Below, piece by piece: positions 11,563-26,100 of a stretch of 64,000 nucleotides of DNA. The notes below the pieces were generated by a model. That model saw nothing but the letters and a program-made list of their open reading frames with translations. It made no database searches and was not told the DNA's origin. Both the position numbers and the translations under genes were made by a program. Source of the DNA: Eledone cirrhosa (taxonomy: Eukaryota). Within the stretch, counting starts at the first letter, position 1. Every line of letters begins with the position of its first letter. Location: the NCBI GenBank assembly GCA_964016885.1, contig OZ024746.1, positions 1,364,001 to 1,428,000 on the forward strand, read 5' to 3'.

Positions 11563-13398
11563 CATGGCGTCCGACCCTCTACCGCCACTGCCAATCCACC
11601 ACCCTAACATGGCGTCCGATCCTCTACCGATACTGCCAATCCACCGCCCTAACATGGCGTCTGACCCTCTACCGATACTGCCAATCCACCACCCTAACAT
11701 GGCGTCCGACCCTCTACCGATACTGCCAATCCACCACCCTAACATGGCGTCCGACCCTCTACCGATACTGCCAATCCACCACCCTAACATGGCGTCCGAC
11801 CCTCTACCGACACTGCCAATCCACCACCCTAACATGGCGTCCGATCCTCTACCGATACTGCCAATCCACCGCCCTAACATGGCGTCTGACCCTCTACCGA
11901 TACTGCCAATCCACCACCCTAACATGGCGTCCGACCCTCTACCGATACTGCCAATCCACCACCCTAACATGGCGTCCGACCCTCTACCGATACTGCCAAT
12001 CCACCACCCTAACATGGCGTCCGACCCTCTACCGACACTGCCAATCGACCACCCTAACATGACGTCCGACCCTCTACCGACACTGCCAATCCACCGCCCT
12101 AACATGGCGTCCGACCCTCTACCGATACTGCCAATCCACCACCCTAACATGGCGTCCGACCCTCTACCGATACTGCCAATCCACCACCCTAACATGGCGT
12201 CCGACCCTCTACCGATACTGCCAATCCACCACCCTAACATGGCGTCCGACCCTCTACCGACACTGCCAATCGACCACCCTAACATGGCGTCCGACCCTCT
12301 ACCGACACTGCCAATCCACCGCCCTAACATGGCGTCCGACCCTCTACCGATACTGCCAATCCACCACCCTAACATGGCGTCCGACCCTCTACCGATACTG
12401 CCAATCCACCACCCTAACATGGCGTCCGACCCTCTACCGATACTGGCAATCCACCACCCTAACATGGCGTCCGACCCTCTACCGACACTGCCAATCCACC
12501 ACCCTAACATGGCGTCCGACCCTCTACCGATACTGCCAATCGACCACCCTAACATGGCGTCCGACCCTCTACCGACACTGCCAATCCACCGCCCTAACAT
12601 GGCGTCCGACCCTCTACCGATACTGCCAATCCACCACCCTAACATGGCGTCCGACCCTCTACCGATACTGCCAATCCACCACCCTAACATGGCGTCCGAC
12701 CCTCTACCGATACTGCCAATCGACCACCCTAACATGGCGTCCGACCCTCTACCGATACTGCCAATCGACCACCCTAACATGGCGTCCGACCCTCTACCGA
12801 CACTGCCAATCCACCACCCTAACATGGCGTCCGACCCTCTACCGATACTGCCAATCCACCACCCTAACATGGCGTCCGACCCTCTACCGATACTGCCAAT
12901 CCACCACCCTAACATGGCGTCCGACCCTCTACCGATACTGCCAATCCACCACCCTAACATGGCGTCCGACCCTCTACCGATACTGCCAATCGACCACCCT
13001 AACATGGCGTCCGACTCTCTACCGACACTGCCAATCCACCACCCTAACATGGCGTCCGACCCTCTACCGATACTGCCAATCCACCACCCTAACATGGCGT
13101 CCGACCCTCTACCGATACTGCCAATCCACCACCCTAACATGGCGTCCGACCCTCTACCGATACTGCCAATCCACCACCCTAACATGGCGTCCGACCCTCT
13201 ACCGATACTGCCAATCCACCACCCTAACATGGCGTCCGACCCTCTACCGATACTGCCAATCCACCACCCTAACATGGCGTCCGACCCTCTACCGATACTG
13301 CCAATCCACCACCCTAGCATGGCGTCCGACCCTCTATCGATACTGCCAATCCACCACCCTAACATGGCGTCCGACCCTCTACCGATACTGCCAATCGA
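11563..13398. repeat. 45-bp minisatellite, about 41 copies, derived from a SINE head
   Basis: Unit catggcgtccgaccctctaccgatactgccaatccaccaccctaa. Confidence 0.97.
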
Positions 13399-13686
13399 CC
13401 TACAGATAAATAATTGTTTCTACAGGTTTTGAAATTCTCTCCATTGATGGGTCCTCAGTCGGTTTAGACGATGAGCATTTAGTTGTTCGATCAATCAAAT
13501 GTCCAATTCATGTATTAATGGTGGTTGAAATAGTGGTTGGGTATTCTACCAGCACGTGTGCCCTAAACCGAATAGGGGTGACAAAATATGTGACAAAGCT
13601 AGACTTTTGAATTACATTTAAACAAAGAGTTTTATCTTCTTTTTTTTTCGATTCTGCTTTCTATTTCTTCTTTAATTTCTATTTTC

Positions 13687-13715
13687 TGATGAAGGACTAG
13701 CGTCCGAAACGTTTA
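13687..13715 (+). ncRNA. degenerate hammerhead-like core of another family
   Basis: CTGATGA-a-ggac-tagc-gtcc-GAAACGTT; no adjacent stem I found. Confidence 0.4.
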
Positions 13716-13801
13716 AACTCTTTTCCTACTATATCAAGTGTAAAACTAATATATTTCTTCATTGTACTATGTCGTTTTCTTTGTTATTTCTGTTTGCCTT
13801 T

Positions 13802-13849
<48 letters not shown>

Positions 13850-14442
13850 TGTATGCATTATGTATGTTTGTGTATATATATATACACAGAGGTATCCACA
13901 GTAAGTTGTGGGGTCTATTCTGCATGAAGAACTCGATGTAATCCATATATTGAAAATGTTGTAGGTTAAGATAAATCCCGGAAAACAATAAAATATTAAA
14001 AGGAAAACAGAGTCATGATATAAGTTAAAACAATGAAATAAAAAATCAAGTCATTAGAGATATACTTCACTACTTTACGATCGTTTCTAGGTGATGATAA
14101 TACATTGTAGCTATACTCCGTTATTGATCTATGTAAGGTTAGTTACAAAATATCAGATAAAGAGAATATAACACCATATGAAAAAAAGAATTTGATTCGT
14201 TAGTTCTTCAACTATCTCCAAATAAGGACATGATACTAACATACTACTAATTCTGAATAAAATTAGTATTGCTTTTGAAAACAGCTGGTGATATGCATGT
14301 AAGTAAATATTCTCTTTATCTGATATTTTGTAACTAACCTTACATAGATCAATAACGGAGTATAGCTACAATGTATTATCATCACCTAGAAACGATCGTA
14401 AAGCAGTGAAGTATCCCTTGATTTTTTATTTCATTGTTTTAA

Positions 14443-14493
<51 letters not shown>

Positions 14494-14547
14494 GTGTATT
14501 ATGTATTGTTATACTTATCTTTATTTTCGATTTCTTTTGTTACACAG

Positions 14548-15012
14548 AAACAAGTATGGGGTGTTGCCTATGAGGTATGTGGAACAGAAAACATTGAAGA
14601 TGCCTTGTCTCATCTCGATACACGGGAAACTAAACTAGGAGGTTACCTTTGTATTGAAACACAGTTCCACCCAAGAGACACATCAGATGAACAGATCATA
14701 AATGTTATTTGCTACACAGCTACATCAAATAATTGCCAGTACTTAGGACCGTGTGATACAGATACGATGGCCGAACAAATCGTAAGAGCTAGTGGCTCCT
14801 GTGGAACCAATTCTGAATATGTATTGAAACTGGCCAAATTTATCCGAGACCATATTCCTGAAGACGAAGATGAACATTTATTTTCTCTTGAAAGAAGAAT
14901 TTTAGAGAAGCAAAATAAACTATGGAATCGAAAATCTTCCATTTTTAGCCAGAACATATTTGATGAAAGATCTTTAAATAACAACAGCAGGAGCATAACA
15001 TTGATATCGTAA
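14548..15012 (+). CDS. CHAC1: CHAC1-like coding exon 3 (KQVWGVAYEV...RETKLGGY...YLGP...GTNSEYVLKL...DEHLF)
   Basis: ttacacag acceptor, in frame with ORF 14494-15012; catalytic Glu motif RExxLGGY resembles CHAC1 more than CHAC2; spliced total 219 aa. Confidence 0.93.
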   Translation, partial: KQVWGVAYEVCGTENIEDALSHLDTRETKLGGYLCIETQFHPRDTSDEQIINVICYTATSNNCQYLGPCDTDTMAEQIVRASGSCGTNSEYVLKLAKFIRDHIPEDEDEHLFSLERRILEKQNKLWNRKSSIFSQNIFDERSLNNNSRSITLIS

Positions 15013-15087
15013 AGACTTTATTGTAATTTATTAAATCTTAATCTATTTATTACTCATAACGAGTGACGGATCTACTGTGAAACTAAT

Positions 15088-15093
15088 AATAAA
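15088..15093 (+). terminator. candidate polyadenylation signal of CHAC1-like gene
   Basis: AATAAA about 75 nt after the stop codon. Confidence 0.4.
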
Positions 15094-15539
15094 ACTTAAG
15101 AAGCTTCAAAGTCCCCAAAAATCCCGGAGGGGGTCTACACAGAAGCAACTTATGAATGACTTGCCCCTGGGATCCCTCCATTGCCCCTGGGAACCCTCCG
15201 CGTTGCGAAGGATTCCCCTATAACTCTTCCAAGATTCGGGGCCTTAAAATGTAGGTTTTCCACCACTCACAACGATTGACTCCTATATTTTTGTCCATAT
15301 GAATCCATTTTCAAATACGAATGTGAATCTGAGAATCTTCATTCCCTCCATTAAAATGAAAAACATCCAGCGTCAGAAACGTGCAGAAGTGTCCGAGCAC
15401 GAAGTGACGTCATAATTTTCTATATCAAAGACTTCATGATGATGATGACTGTTACATAAATATATTTTATAACATCATTATATAGACATGTACATATAAA
15501 TATATTACATATGTAGATATATATATATATTTATATATA

Positions 15540-15774
15540 GAGAGAGGGAGAGAGACAGAGAGAGAGTGACAGGCAGAGAGAGAGAGAGGTACGACAGAGA
15601 GAGAGAGAGAAAGAGAGAGAGAGGTACGACAGAGGGAGAGAGAGAGGAAAGAGAGAGAGAAGAGAGAGAGGGGTGAGAGAGAGGGGGAAGCTACAGAGAG
15701 AGAGAGGGGGAGCTACAGAGAGAGAGAGAGAGAGTGACAGACAGAGAGAGAGAAAGAGAGAGAGAGGGGTACGA

Positions 15775-15816
<42 letters not shown>

Positions 15817-15899
15817 TACGGCAGAGAGAGAGAGGGAGAGGTACGACAAAGAGAGAGAGAGAGAGGTACGGCAGAGAGAGAGAGGGAGAGGTACGACAA

Positions 15900-15938
<39 letters not shown>

Positions 15939-16937
15939 CGACAAAGAGAGAGAGAGAGAGAGGGAGAGGTACGACAAAGAGAGAGAGAGAGATAGAGAGA
16001 GAGAGGGGGGTACGACTATCAATGTTGAAATAAATCTCTCGTCTTTAAGTTGTTTTGTTTCAATGTTTTTCATTTATTTTATTCAGTATTTTATGACTAT
16101 ACATGTACACACACACACACATACATGTACACACACACACATACATGTACACACACACACATACATGTACACACACACACATACATGTACACACACACAC
16201 ATACATGTACACACACACATACATGTACACACACACATACATGTACACACACACACACACCTACAGACACACACACACATATACATGTACACACACACAC
16301 ATACATGTACACACACACACACACACCTACAGACACACACACACACATACAGACACACACACACACACACACATACAGACACACACACACATACACACAC
16401 ACACATACAGACACACACACACACATACACTCACACACATACATACATACAGACACACACACACACATACACACACACACATACAGACACACACACACAT
16501 ACACACATACAGACACACACACACACATACACACACACATACAGACACACACACATACACTCACACACATACATACAGACACACACACACACACACATAC
16601 ACTCACACACATACAGACACACACACATACACTCACACTCACACACACACATACACACACACACACACATACAGACACACACACACACATACACTCACAC
16701 ACACACACACATACAGACACACACACACATACACTCACACATACAGACACACACACACACACATACACTCACACATACAGACACACACACACAGACACAC
16801 ACACACACATACACTCACACACATACACTCACACATACAGACACATATACACACACATACACTCACACACATACAGACACACACTTACAGACACACACAC
16901 ACAAACACACACACACAGTCATACACACAGACTGACA

Positions 16938-16973
<36 letters not shown>

Positions 16974-17245
16974 CATACACACACACACATACACACACAC
17001 ACACAGTCATACACACAGACAGACACACACACACACACACACACACAGTCATACACACAGATAGACACACACACACACACACACAGAGTCATACACACAG
17101 TCATACACACAGACAGACACACACACACACACACACACACAGTCATACACACAGACAGACACACACACACACACACACACACTGTCATACACACAGACAG
17201 ACACACACACACACACAGACTGACACACACACACACAGTCATACA
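15540..17245. repeat. compound (GA)n then (CA)n-rich microsatellite block
   Basis: Direct reading. Confidence 0.95.
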
Positions 17246-18556
17246 TTACTATGAACCTGGTGGAACCCATCTCCAGGTCTGAATACAGCAGATTTCCTCC
17301 AGGATAGAGAGAGTGATAGAGAGAGAGTGAGAGAGAGAGTGAGAGAGAGTGAGAGAGAGAGTGGGAAAGAGTCGATAAAATAAAGTACCAGTAATACACT
17401 GCGATAATTGCTGGCCTTGTGCTAGAAGTAGAAACAATTATAATGAGGCGTGGAGTTTTAAGCGAGCCAGATGGCGCTAGTTGTGTGCTGCTCGTTTGGG
17501 GTCAAGTGAGATAGGTTGATGTACTCTTCGTATAAAACATGCTTCTTTTTCTATTAAAGGACGTAGATGTTGCATGTCCCTATTTGAGGACATTTTCGAT
17601 GTCTCTGCACAGAGTCAGGAGATATTTGGTGTGAAATATCTAAGTTGTACTTAAATGACACGTAGGTACAGAAGATTATTAGGGACGTATTAAGGACTGT
17701 CGGTGTTAGCTGTGTTAGACTGAACCAAGGTTGAAAGTGACGGTAGATAAATCATTGATATAAGAGGAAGACCGTGTGGTACAAGACCGAACCTTGGTGT
17801 TCATCAGAGTTGAAAGAGGTAGACAAAGCTTGAGTAACTGACAGTATTGAGATCTGACAAGAAACTACCGTCCTAAGAGACGAATGTGGTGGCCTTAGAT
17901 GGGTAGAACCAAACATGGTGGAATCTTTTGATGATATCGAAACCAGCGATACTGTAGACATCAACTTTCTCTAAGGTGAGTGACCACAGGTGGGTGACTA
18001 CGGGTGAGTGACTACAGGTGAGTGACTACGGGTGAGTGACTACAGGTGAGTGACTACGGTTGAGTGACTACAGGTGAGTGACTTCAAGTGATCACACACA
18101 CACACATATATATATATTTTTAAATTTATCTTGCAAAATTTCTTATCTGAAAACGTGTGTTGAAACAGATATTGTTATACTTTGGGAGGGTCATGCTGTT
18201 ATAGTTTGGGAGGGTCATGTTGCCAATAAAAATACACGCACCTGTCGGTTTTTACTTCAATTTATTATAAATTTCCGGTTAGCTGGTTGGTTGCTTCGAT
18301 ACCGGATGGTTGTTTATATATTGTCAAAGCTCTTTCGTCACACATTCTGTGACCTCCTTAGTGACTGGGTTTTTATTTTGTGTCTCTCCTTTGTGCTCAC
18401 AACACACAAACACAAGATGATGGACAGAGGAGAGTCACGTGAAATAATTAGGAATTAACGAAGTAGACAGGATTCAATGCATCAATATTTAAACTCTACT
18501 TCGGTATTGAGTATTCTTTTCTCTCGTCCGTCAACTACATACGGATATATATATAT

Positions 18557-18598
<42 letters not shown>

Positions 18599-18719
18599 CA
18601 GAGAGAGAGAGAGTAAGCAAGTTACCAAGTTATACTTAGAAATAAATGAAAACCCCAATATTACCATACATATACATACATATACACACACACATATACA
18701 TACACACACATATATATAT

Positions 18720-18907
18720 ACAGAGAAATTCCGTTATAACGAAATTTACGGGGTATAAAAAACTCGTTGTAACGAAAAATTCTTTATAATGAGATCGACG
18801 TAACACATCGAGCGTTATGTGTTAGGTCGATCTCGTTATAAAGAAATTTTCGTTAAAACGAATTTTTTTATACCCCGTGAATTTCGTTATAACGGAATTT
18901 TATTGTA
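18720..18907. mobile_element. pogo/Tigger-type hairpin MITE in TA
   Basis: About 80-bp inverted arms (cagagaaattccgttataacgaaatt... / ...aatttcgttataacggaattttattg) with TA flanks. Confidence 0.75.
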
Positions 18908-19180
18908 TATAATAAGTTTTGCGATCAATAAATTAATTGTTAAACATTTTTATTGTGAAGCGAAATAACGGAAATAGCTAAAGAAGTGGAGAAGGTCGTC
19001 TGCTGATATAACCTGTCACATGATTTGGCGTGGGTCAGTGTGGAATGTGCAGTAGAAAATACAGGCTTAGTCATTTTCTTGTGGTCGGAACAAGAAGAAT
19101 CAAAGACTAGTTTTATCAGCTTGCTAAGTTTGAAATTATTTTATGTGTGAGGATGAACTGTGTGACTGGGAAAACCCAGA

Positions 19181-19512
19181 CACACATTGTAGAGCTAACC
19201 CGGGGTGAAAAATAGCTGGGAACACATTGTAGAACTAACCCGGGGTACTAAATACCCGGGAACATATTGTAAAGCTAACCTGAGGTACTAAATACTCGGG
19301 AACATATTGTAGAGCTAACCCGGGGTACAAAATACCCGGGAACATATTGTAGAGCTAACCCGGAGTACTAAATACCCGGGAACATATTGTAAAGCTAACC
19401 CGAGGTACTAAATACTCGGGAACATATTGTAGAGCTAACCCAGGGTACAAAATACCCGGGAACACATTGTAGAGCTAACCCGGGGTACAAAATACCCGGG
19501 AACACATTGTAG
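19181..19512. repeat. ~40-bp minisatellite, about 8 copies
   Basis: Unit gggaacatattgtagagctaacccggggtactaaataccc. Confidence 0.9.
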
Positions 19513-20268
19513 CGCCGGCTCTCTTTCTCTCCACACACAAAAGAAAACCCATTCCTTGGTACACTGCCTATAATAATTTTGAAAATATCAAGTATTTAGA
19601 TAAATGTATTAATACAACTAAGTTTCCCATTATTTAGTTGACGTTTGGAGTATGACAAAGGTTCTTACATATAATTCCAATGGAGGGTTCTTAGATAAAT
19701 ATCAAATAATCAGCTTAATATAGTGGGGAACAGCTTTTAACGGATTGCTATCAAAAGGGTTAAACTTTTCATATACATCACCATAACAAAAGGTTCTTCC
19801 GTAATATTATTACAGAAAGTTATTAGATAAATATCACTTGAAAATAAAATAGCTTCACATCGTATAACCTAGGGTGGTTTGGGCAGTTTCGGGTAGTTTA
19901 GTATCAAAAGTGTTATACTTAGTTAAAGTAGTAAATAAACAAAATATCATTAAAAATTAGGTAACGAGATCCGAAGTGTAGGGACCTTATTTTTATGTTT
20001 ATTGTTGTTTTTCAAATTTTTGGTTGTCAAAATTGGGGCACATCCTCGAGGGGGAAGTGTCTTCGGCGACGGGAAATACGGTAATACAGACGGAAAATAG
20101 ACATGTGTTGTTGTTGTTTGTTTGTTTGTGGGAGTATTCTCGTTGGTAGGAACATATTTAACTCTGTACTAAGGAGTTCCTCTCAACTGTAATAAATTTG
20201 ATTTTAACTATAAATTATTAGCACATATAAGAGACCAGCGGCAAAGTAGAGATATCGACTGTCTACTA

Positions 20269-20326
<58 letters not shown>

Positions 20327-20444
20327 GTATGACAATAAAAAGAAATATTCTGGGAAACAGATGTTTATATTTCCTTAGGTTGATGTAATCAACTAAACAC
20401 CACTCCAATATATATATATGTGTGTGTGTGTGTACATCACTCCA

Positions 20445-20509
<65 letters not shown>

Positions 20510-20879
20510 CACACACACACTCCCAAATCTGTGATTTAGTGTCTCTGTCAGAAATGATCTTTATTAACTCCGTCACATTACGGATGACTGAATATTTAGA
20601 TTGGTCTGTTCTACATTTCAGACATTTCATTTCATTAAATGGGTTAATTCCTGCCAATCTTTCTTTTAACGACCATTAAGTTCTGTAAAATAACGGTTTC
20701 TTATATAGGCACAAGGCCAGCAATTTTGGGGGAGGGGAAAGTCTATTAAATCGACTCCAGTACGTGACTGGTACTTTATTTCATCGACCCCGTAAGGAAG
20801 AAAGGCAAAATTAACCTCGGCAGGATTTGAACTCAGATCATTAAGTAAAATAACATCTCTATTTTACTCTCGAAATACG

Positions 20880-21449
20880 AAGACATCTACTCTCGGGTCT
20901 TCCATATTCCCCCCCACCTCCGGGAAGACATCTACTCTCGGGTCTTCCATATTCCCCCCACCTCCGGGAAGACATCTACTCTCGGGTCTTCCATATTCCC
21001 CCCCACCTTCGGGAAGACATCTACTCTCGGGTCTTCGATATTCCCCCACCTTCGGGAAGACATCTACTCTCGGGTCTTCGATATTCCCCCACCTTCGGGA
21101 AGACATCTACTCTCGGGTCTTCCATATTCCCCCCACCTCCGGGAAGACATCTACTCTCGGGTCTTCGATATTCCCCCACCTTCGGGAAGACATCTACTCT
21201 CGGGTCTTCCATATTCCCCCCACCTCCGGGAAGACATCTACTCTCGGGTCTTCCATATTCCCCCCACCTCCGGGAAGACATCTACTCTCGGGTCTTCCAT
21301 ATTCCCCCCCACCTTCGGGAAGACATCTACTCTCGGGTCTTCCATATTCCCCCCACCTCCGGGAAGACATCTACTCTCGGGTCTTCCATATTCCCCCCAC
21401 CTCCGGGAAGACATCTACTCTCGGGTCTTCCATATTCCCCCCACCTCCG
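20880..21449. repeat. 38-41-bp minisatellite
   Basis: Unit gaagacatctactctcgggtcttccatattccccccacctccgg. Confidence 0.95.
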
Positions 21450-21558
21450 CTTATTATTTTTTCAAGGTTTCTGTAAAATATGTCCAGCTTTAGGGGTAGG
21501 GTTTAAGTGGGGGCGGGGAGAAGGAACTGATATCAATTGAAACTAGGAACCGCATAAG

Positions 21559-22106
21559 GACAGGAAGTTAGACAACTAAGAACAGGAAGTTAGACAACTA
21601 AGAACAGGAAGTTAGACAACTAAGAACAGGAAGTTAGACAACTAAGAACAGGAAGTTAGACAACTAAGAACAGGATGTTAGACAACTAAGAACAGGAAGT
21701 TAGACAACTAAGAACAGGATGTTAGACAACTAAGAACAGGAAGTTAGACAACTAAGAACAGGAAGTTAGACAACTAAGAACAGGAAGTTAGACAACTAAG
21801 AACAGGAAGTTAGACAACTAAGAACAGGAAGTTAGACAACTAAGAACAGGAAGTTAGACAACTAAGAACAGGAAGTTAGACAACTAAGAACAGGATGTTA
21901 GACAACTAAGAACAGGATGTTAGACAACTAAGAACAGGAAGTTAGACAACTAAGAACAGGAAGTTAGACAACTAAGAACAGGAAGTTAGACAACTAAGAA
22001 CAGGAAGTTAGACAACTAAGAACAGGAAGTTAGACAACTAAGAACAGGATGTTAGACAACTAAGAACAGGAAGTTAGACAACTAAGAACAGGAAGTTAGA
22101 CAACTA
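21559..22106. repeat. 21-bp minisatellite, about 26 copies
   Basis: Unit aacaggaagttagacaactaa(g). Confidence 0.95.
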
Positions 22107-22186
22107 GAATTATGTTTCAAAACATTTCAAACATTTGACTAACTTCCGGCTGATTATTGTGTATTTATGAACATATTCCCTAATCT

Positions 22187-23195
22187 GGGAGACAATAGTA
22201 TTGTAGGTGGTGTGGTGGGTGGGAGACAATAGTATTGTAGGTGGTGTGGTGGGTGGGGGACAATAGTATTGGAGGTGGTGTGGTGGGTGGGGGACAATAG
22301 TATTGTAGGTGGTGTGGTGGGTGGGAGACAATAGTATTGTAGGTGGTGTGGTGGGTGGGGGACAATAGTATTGGAGGTGGTGTGGTGGGTGGGGGACAAT
22401 AGTATTGTAGGTGGTGTGGTGGGTGGGAGACAATAGTATTGTAGGTGGTGTGGTGGGTGGGGGACAATAGTATTGGAGGTGGTGTGGTGGGTGGGGGACA
22501 ATAGTATTGGAGGTGGTGTGGTGGGTGGGGGACAATAGTATTGTAGGTGGTGTGGTGGGTGGGGGACAATAGTATTGTAGGTGGTGTGGTGGGTGGGGGA
22601 CAATAGTATTGGAGGTGGTGTGGTGGGTGGGGGACAATAGTATTGGAGGTGGTGTGGTGGGTGGGGGACAATAGTATTGGAGGTGGTGTGATGGGTGGGG
22701 GACAATAGTATTGGAGGTGGTGTGGTGGGTGGGGGACAATAGTATTGGAGGTGGTGTGGTGGGTGGGGGACAATAGTATTGGAGGTGGTGTGGTGGGTGG
22801 GAGACAATAGTATTGGAGGTGGTGTGGTGGGTGGGAGACAATAGTATTGGAGGTGGTGTGGTGGGTGGGGGACAATAGTATTGGAGGTGGTGTGGTGGGT
22901 GGGAGACAATAGTATTGGAGGTGGTGTGGTGGGTGGGGGACAATAGTATTGGAGGTGGTGTGGTGGGTGGGGGACAATAGTATTGTAGGTGGTGTGGTGG
23001 GTGGGAGACAATAGTATTGTAGGTAGTGTGGTGGGTGGGAGACAATAGTATTGGAGGTGGTGTGGTGGGTGGGGGACAATAGTATTGGAGGTGGTGTGGT
23101 GGGTGGGAGACAATAGTATTGTAGGTAGTGTGGTGGGTGGGAGACAATAGTATTGTAGGTGTTGTGGTGGGTGGGAGACAATAGTATTGTAGGTG
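22187..23195. repeat. 33-bp G-rich minisatellite, about 30 copies
   Basis: Unit gacaatagtattgtaggtggtgtggtgggtggg(g/a). Confidence 0.95.
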
Positions 23196-26100
23196 GAACC
23201 AACTGAGACCGGAACCAACTGAGACCAAAACCAACTGAGACAGGGACCGACTGAGACCGGAACCAACTGAGACAGGAACCAACTTAGACCGAAACCAACT
23301 GAGACAGGAACCAACTGAGACAGGAACCAACTGAGACAGGAACCAACTGAGACAGGGACCAACTGAGACCGGAACCAACTGAGACAGGAACCAACTGAGA
23401 CAGGAACCAACTGAGACCGAAACCATCTGAGACCAAAACCAACTGAGACAAGAACCAACTGAGACAGGAACCAACTGAGACAGGAACCAACTGAGACAGG
23501 AACCAACTGAGACAGGAACCAATTGAGACAGGGACCAACTGAGACCGGAACCAACTGAGACAGGAACCAACTGAGACCGGAACCAACTGAGACAGGAACC
23601 AACTTAGACCGAAACCAACTGAGACAGGAACCAACTGAGACAGGAACCAACTGAGACAGGAACCAACTGAGACAGGGACCGACTGAGACCGGAACCAACT
23701 GAGACAGGAACCAACTTAGACCGAAACCAACTGAGACAGGAACCAACTGAGACCGAAACCATCTGAGACCAAAACCAACTGAGACAAGAACCAACTGAGA
23801 CAGGAACCAACTGAGACAGGAACCAACTGAGACAGGAACCAACTGAGACAGGAACCAACTGAGACAGGGACCAACTGAGACCGGAACCAACTGAGACAGG
23901 AACCAACTGAGACCGGAACCAACTGAGACAGGAACCAACTTAGACCGAAACCAACTGAGACAGGAACCAACTGAGACCGGAACCAACTGAGACAGGGACC
24001 AACTGAGACTGGAACCAACTGAGACCGAAACCAACTGAGACAGGAACCAACTGAGACAGGAACCAACTGTGACAGGAACCAACTGAGACAAGAACCAACT
24101 GAGACAGGAACCAACTGAGACAGGAACCAACTGAGACAGGGACCAACTGAGACCGGAACCAACTGAGACAGGAACCAACTGAGACCGAAACCAACTGAGA
24201 CCAAAACCAACTGAGACAGGAACCAACTGAGACAGGAACCAACTGAGATAGGAACCAACTGAGACAGGAACCAACTGAGATAGGAACCAACTGAGACAGG
24301 AACCAACTGAGACAGGAACCAACTGAGACAGGAACCAACTGAGACAGGAACCAACTGAGACAGGATCCAACTGAGACAGGAACCAACTGAGATCTGAACC
24401 AACTGAGACAAGAACCAACTGAGACTGGAACCAACTGAGACCGAAACCAACTGAGACCGAAACCAACTGAGACAGGAACCAACTGGAACCGGAACCTACT
24501 GAGACAGGGACCAACTGAGACAGGAACCAACTGAGACAGGAACCAACTGAGACAGGAACCAACTGAGACCGAAACCAACGGAGACCGAAACCAACTGAGA
24601 CCGGAACCAACTGAGACAGGAACCAACTGAGACAGGAACCAACTGAGACTGAAACCAACTGAGACCGGAACCAACTGAGACCGAAACCAACTGAGACAAG
24701 AACCAACTGAGACAGGAACCAACTGAGACAGGAACCAACTGAGACAGGAACCAACTGAGACAGGAACCAACTGAGACTGAAACCAACTGAGACTGAAACC
24801 AACTGAGACCGAAACCAACTGAGACAAGAACCAACTGAGACAGGAACCAACTGAGACCGAAACCAACTGAGACCGAAATCAACTGAGACAGGAACCAACT
24901 GAGACAGGAACCAACTGAGACAGGGACCAACTGACCCTGAAACCAACTGAGACAAGAACCAACTGAGACAGGAACCAACTGAGATCGAAACCAACTGAGA
25001 CCGAAACCAACTGAGACAGGAACCAACTGAGACAGGAACCAACTGAGACAGGAACCAACTGAGACAGGAACCAACTGAGACAAGAACCAACTGAGACAGG
25101 AACCAACTGAGACCGGAACCAACTGAGACAGGAACCAACTGAGACAGGAACCAACTGAGACAGGAACCAACTGGAACCGAAACCAACTGAGACAAGAACC
25201 AACTGAGACAGGAACCAACTGAGACCGAAACCAATTGAGACAGGAACCAACTGAGTCAGGAACCAACTGAGACAGGAACCAACTAAGACAGGAACCTACT
25301 GAGACAGGAACCAACTGAGACAGGAACCAACTGAGACAGGAACCAACTGAGACAAGAACCAACTGAGACAGGAACCAACTGAGACCGGAACTAACTGAGA
25401 CAGGAACCAACTGAGACAGGAACCAACTGAGACAGGAGCCAACTGAGACAGGAACCAACTGAGACCGGAACCAACTGAGACAGGAACCAACTGAGACAGG
25501 AAACAACTGAGACCGGAACCAACTGAGACAGGGACCAACTGAGACCGGAACCAACTGAGACAGGAACCAACTGAGACCTAAACCAACTGAGACAGGGACC
25601 AACTGAGACAGGAACCAACTGAGATAGGAAACAACTGAGACCGGAACCAACTGAGACAGGGACCAACTGAGACCGGAACCAACTGAGACAGGAACCAACT
25701 GAGACCGAAACCAACTGAGACAGGGACCAACTGAGACAGGAACCAACTGAGACAGGAAACAACTGAGACCGCAACCAACTGAGACAGGGACCAACTGAGA
25801 CCGGAACCAACTGAGACAGGAACCAACTGAGACCGAAACCAACTGAGACAGGGACCAACTGAGACAGGAACCAACTGAGACAGGAGCCAACTGAGACAGG
25901 AACCAACTGAGACCGGAACCAACTGAGACAGGAACCAACTGAGACATGAAACAACTGAGACCGGAACCAACTGAGACAGGGACCAACTGAGACCGGAACC
26001 AACTGAGACAGGAACCAACTGAGACCGAAACCAACTGAGACAGGGACCAACTGAGACAGGAACCAACTGAGACCGGAACCAACTGAGACAGGGACCAACT

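Noticed and set aside
11461-13432. 634-aa and 626-aa ORFs on opposite strands
   Set aside because: Stop-free readings of a 45-bp SINE-derived repeat inside CHAC intron 2
15531-17437. His/Thr- and Cys/Val-rich ORFs
   Set aside because: (GA)n and (CA)n microsatellite artefacts
18433-18442. E-box/CLEAR-like GTCACGTGA, and CRE-like TGACGTCA near 5167 and 15405
   Set aside because: Isolated short motifs with no associated gene start; expected by chance
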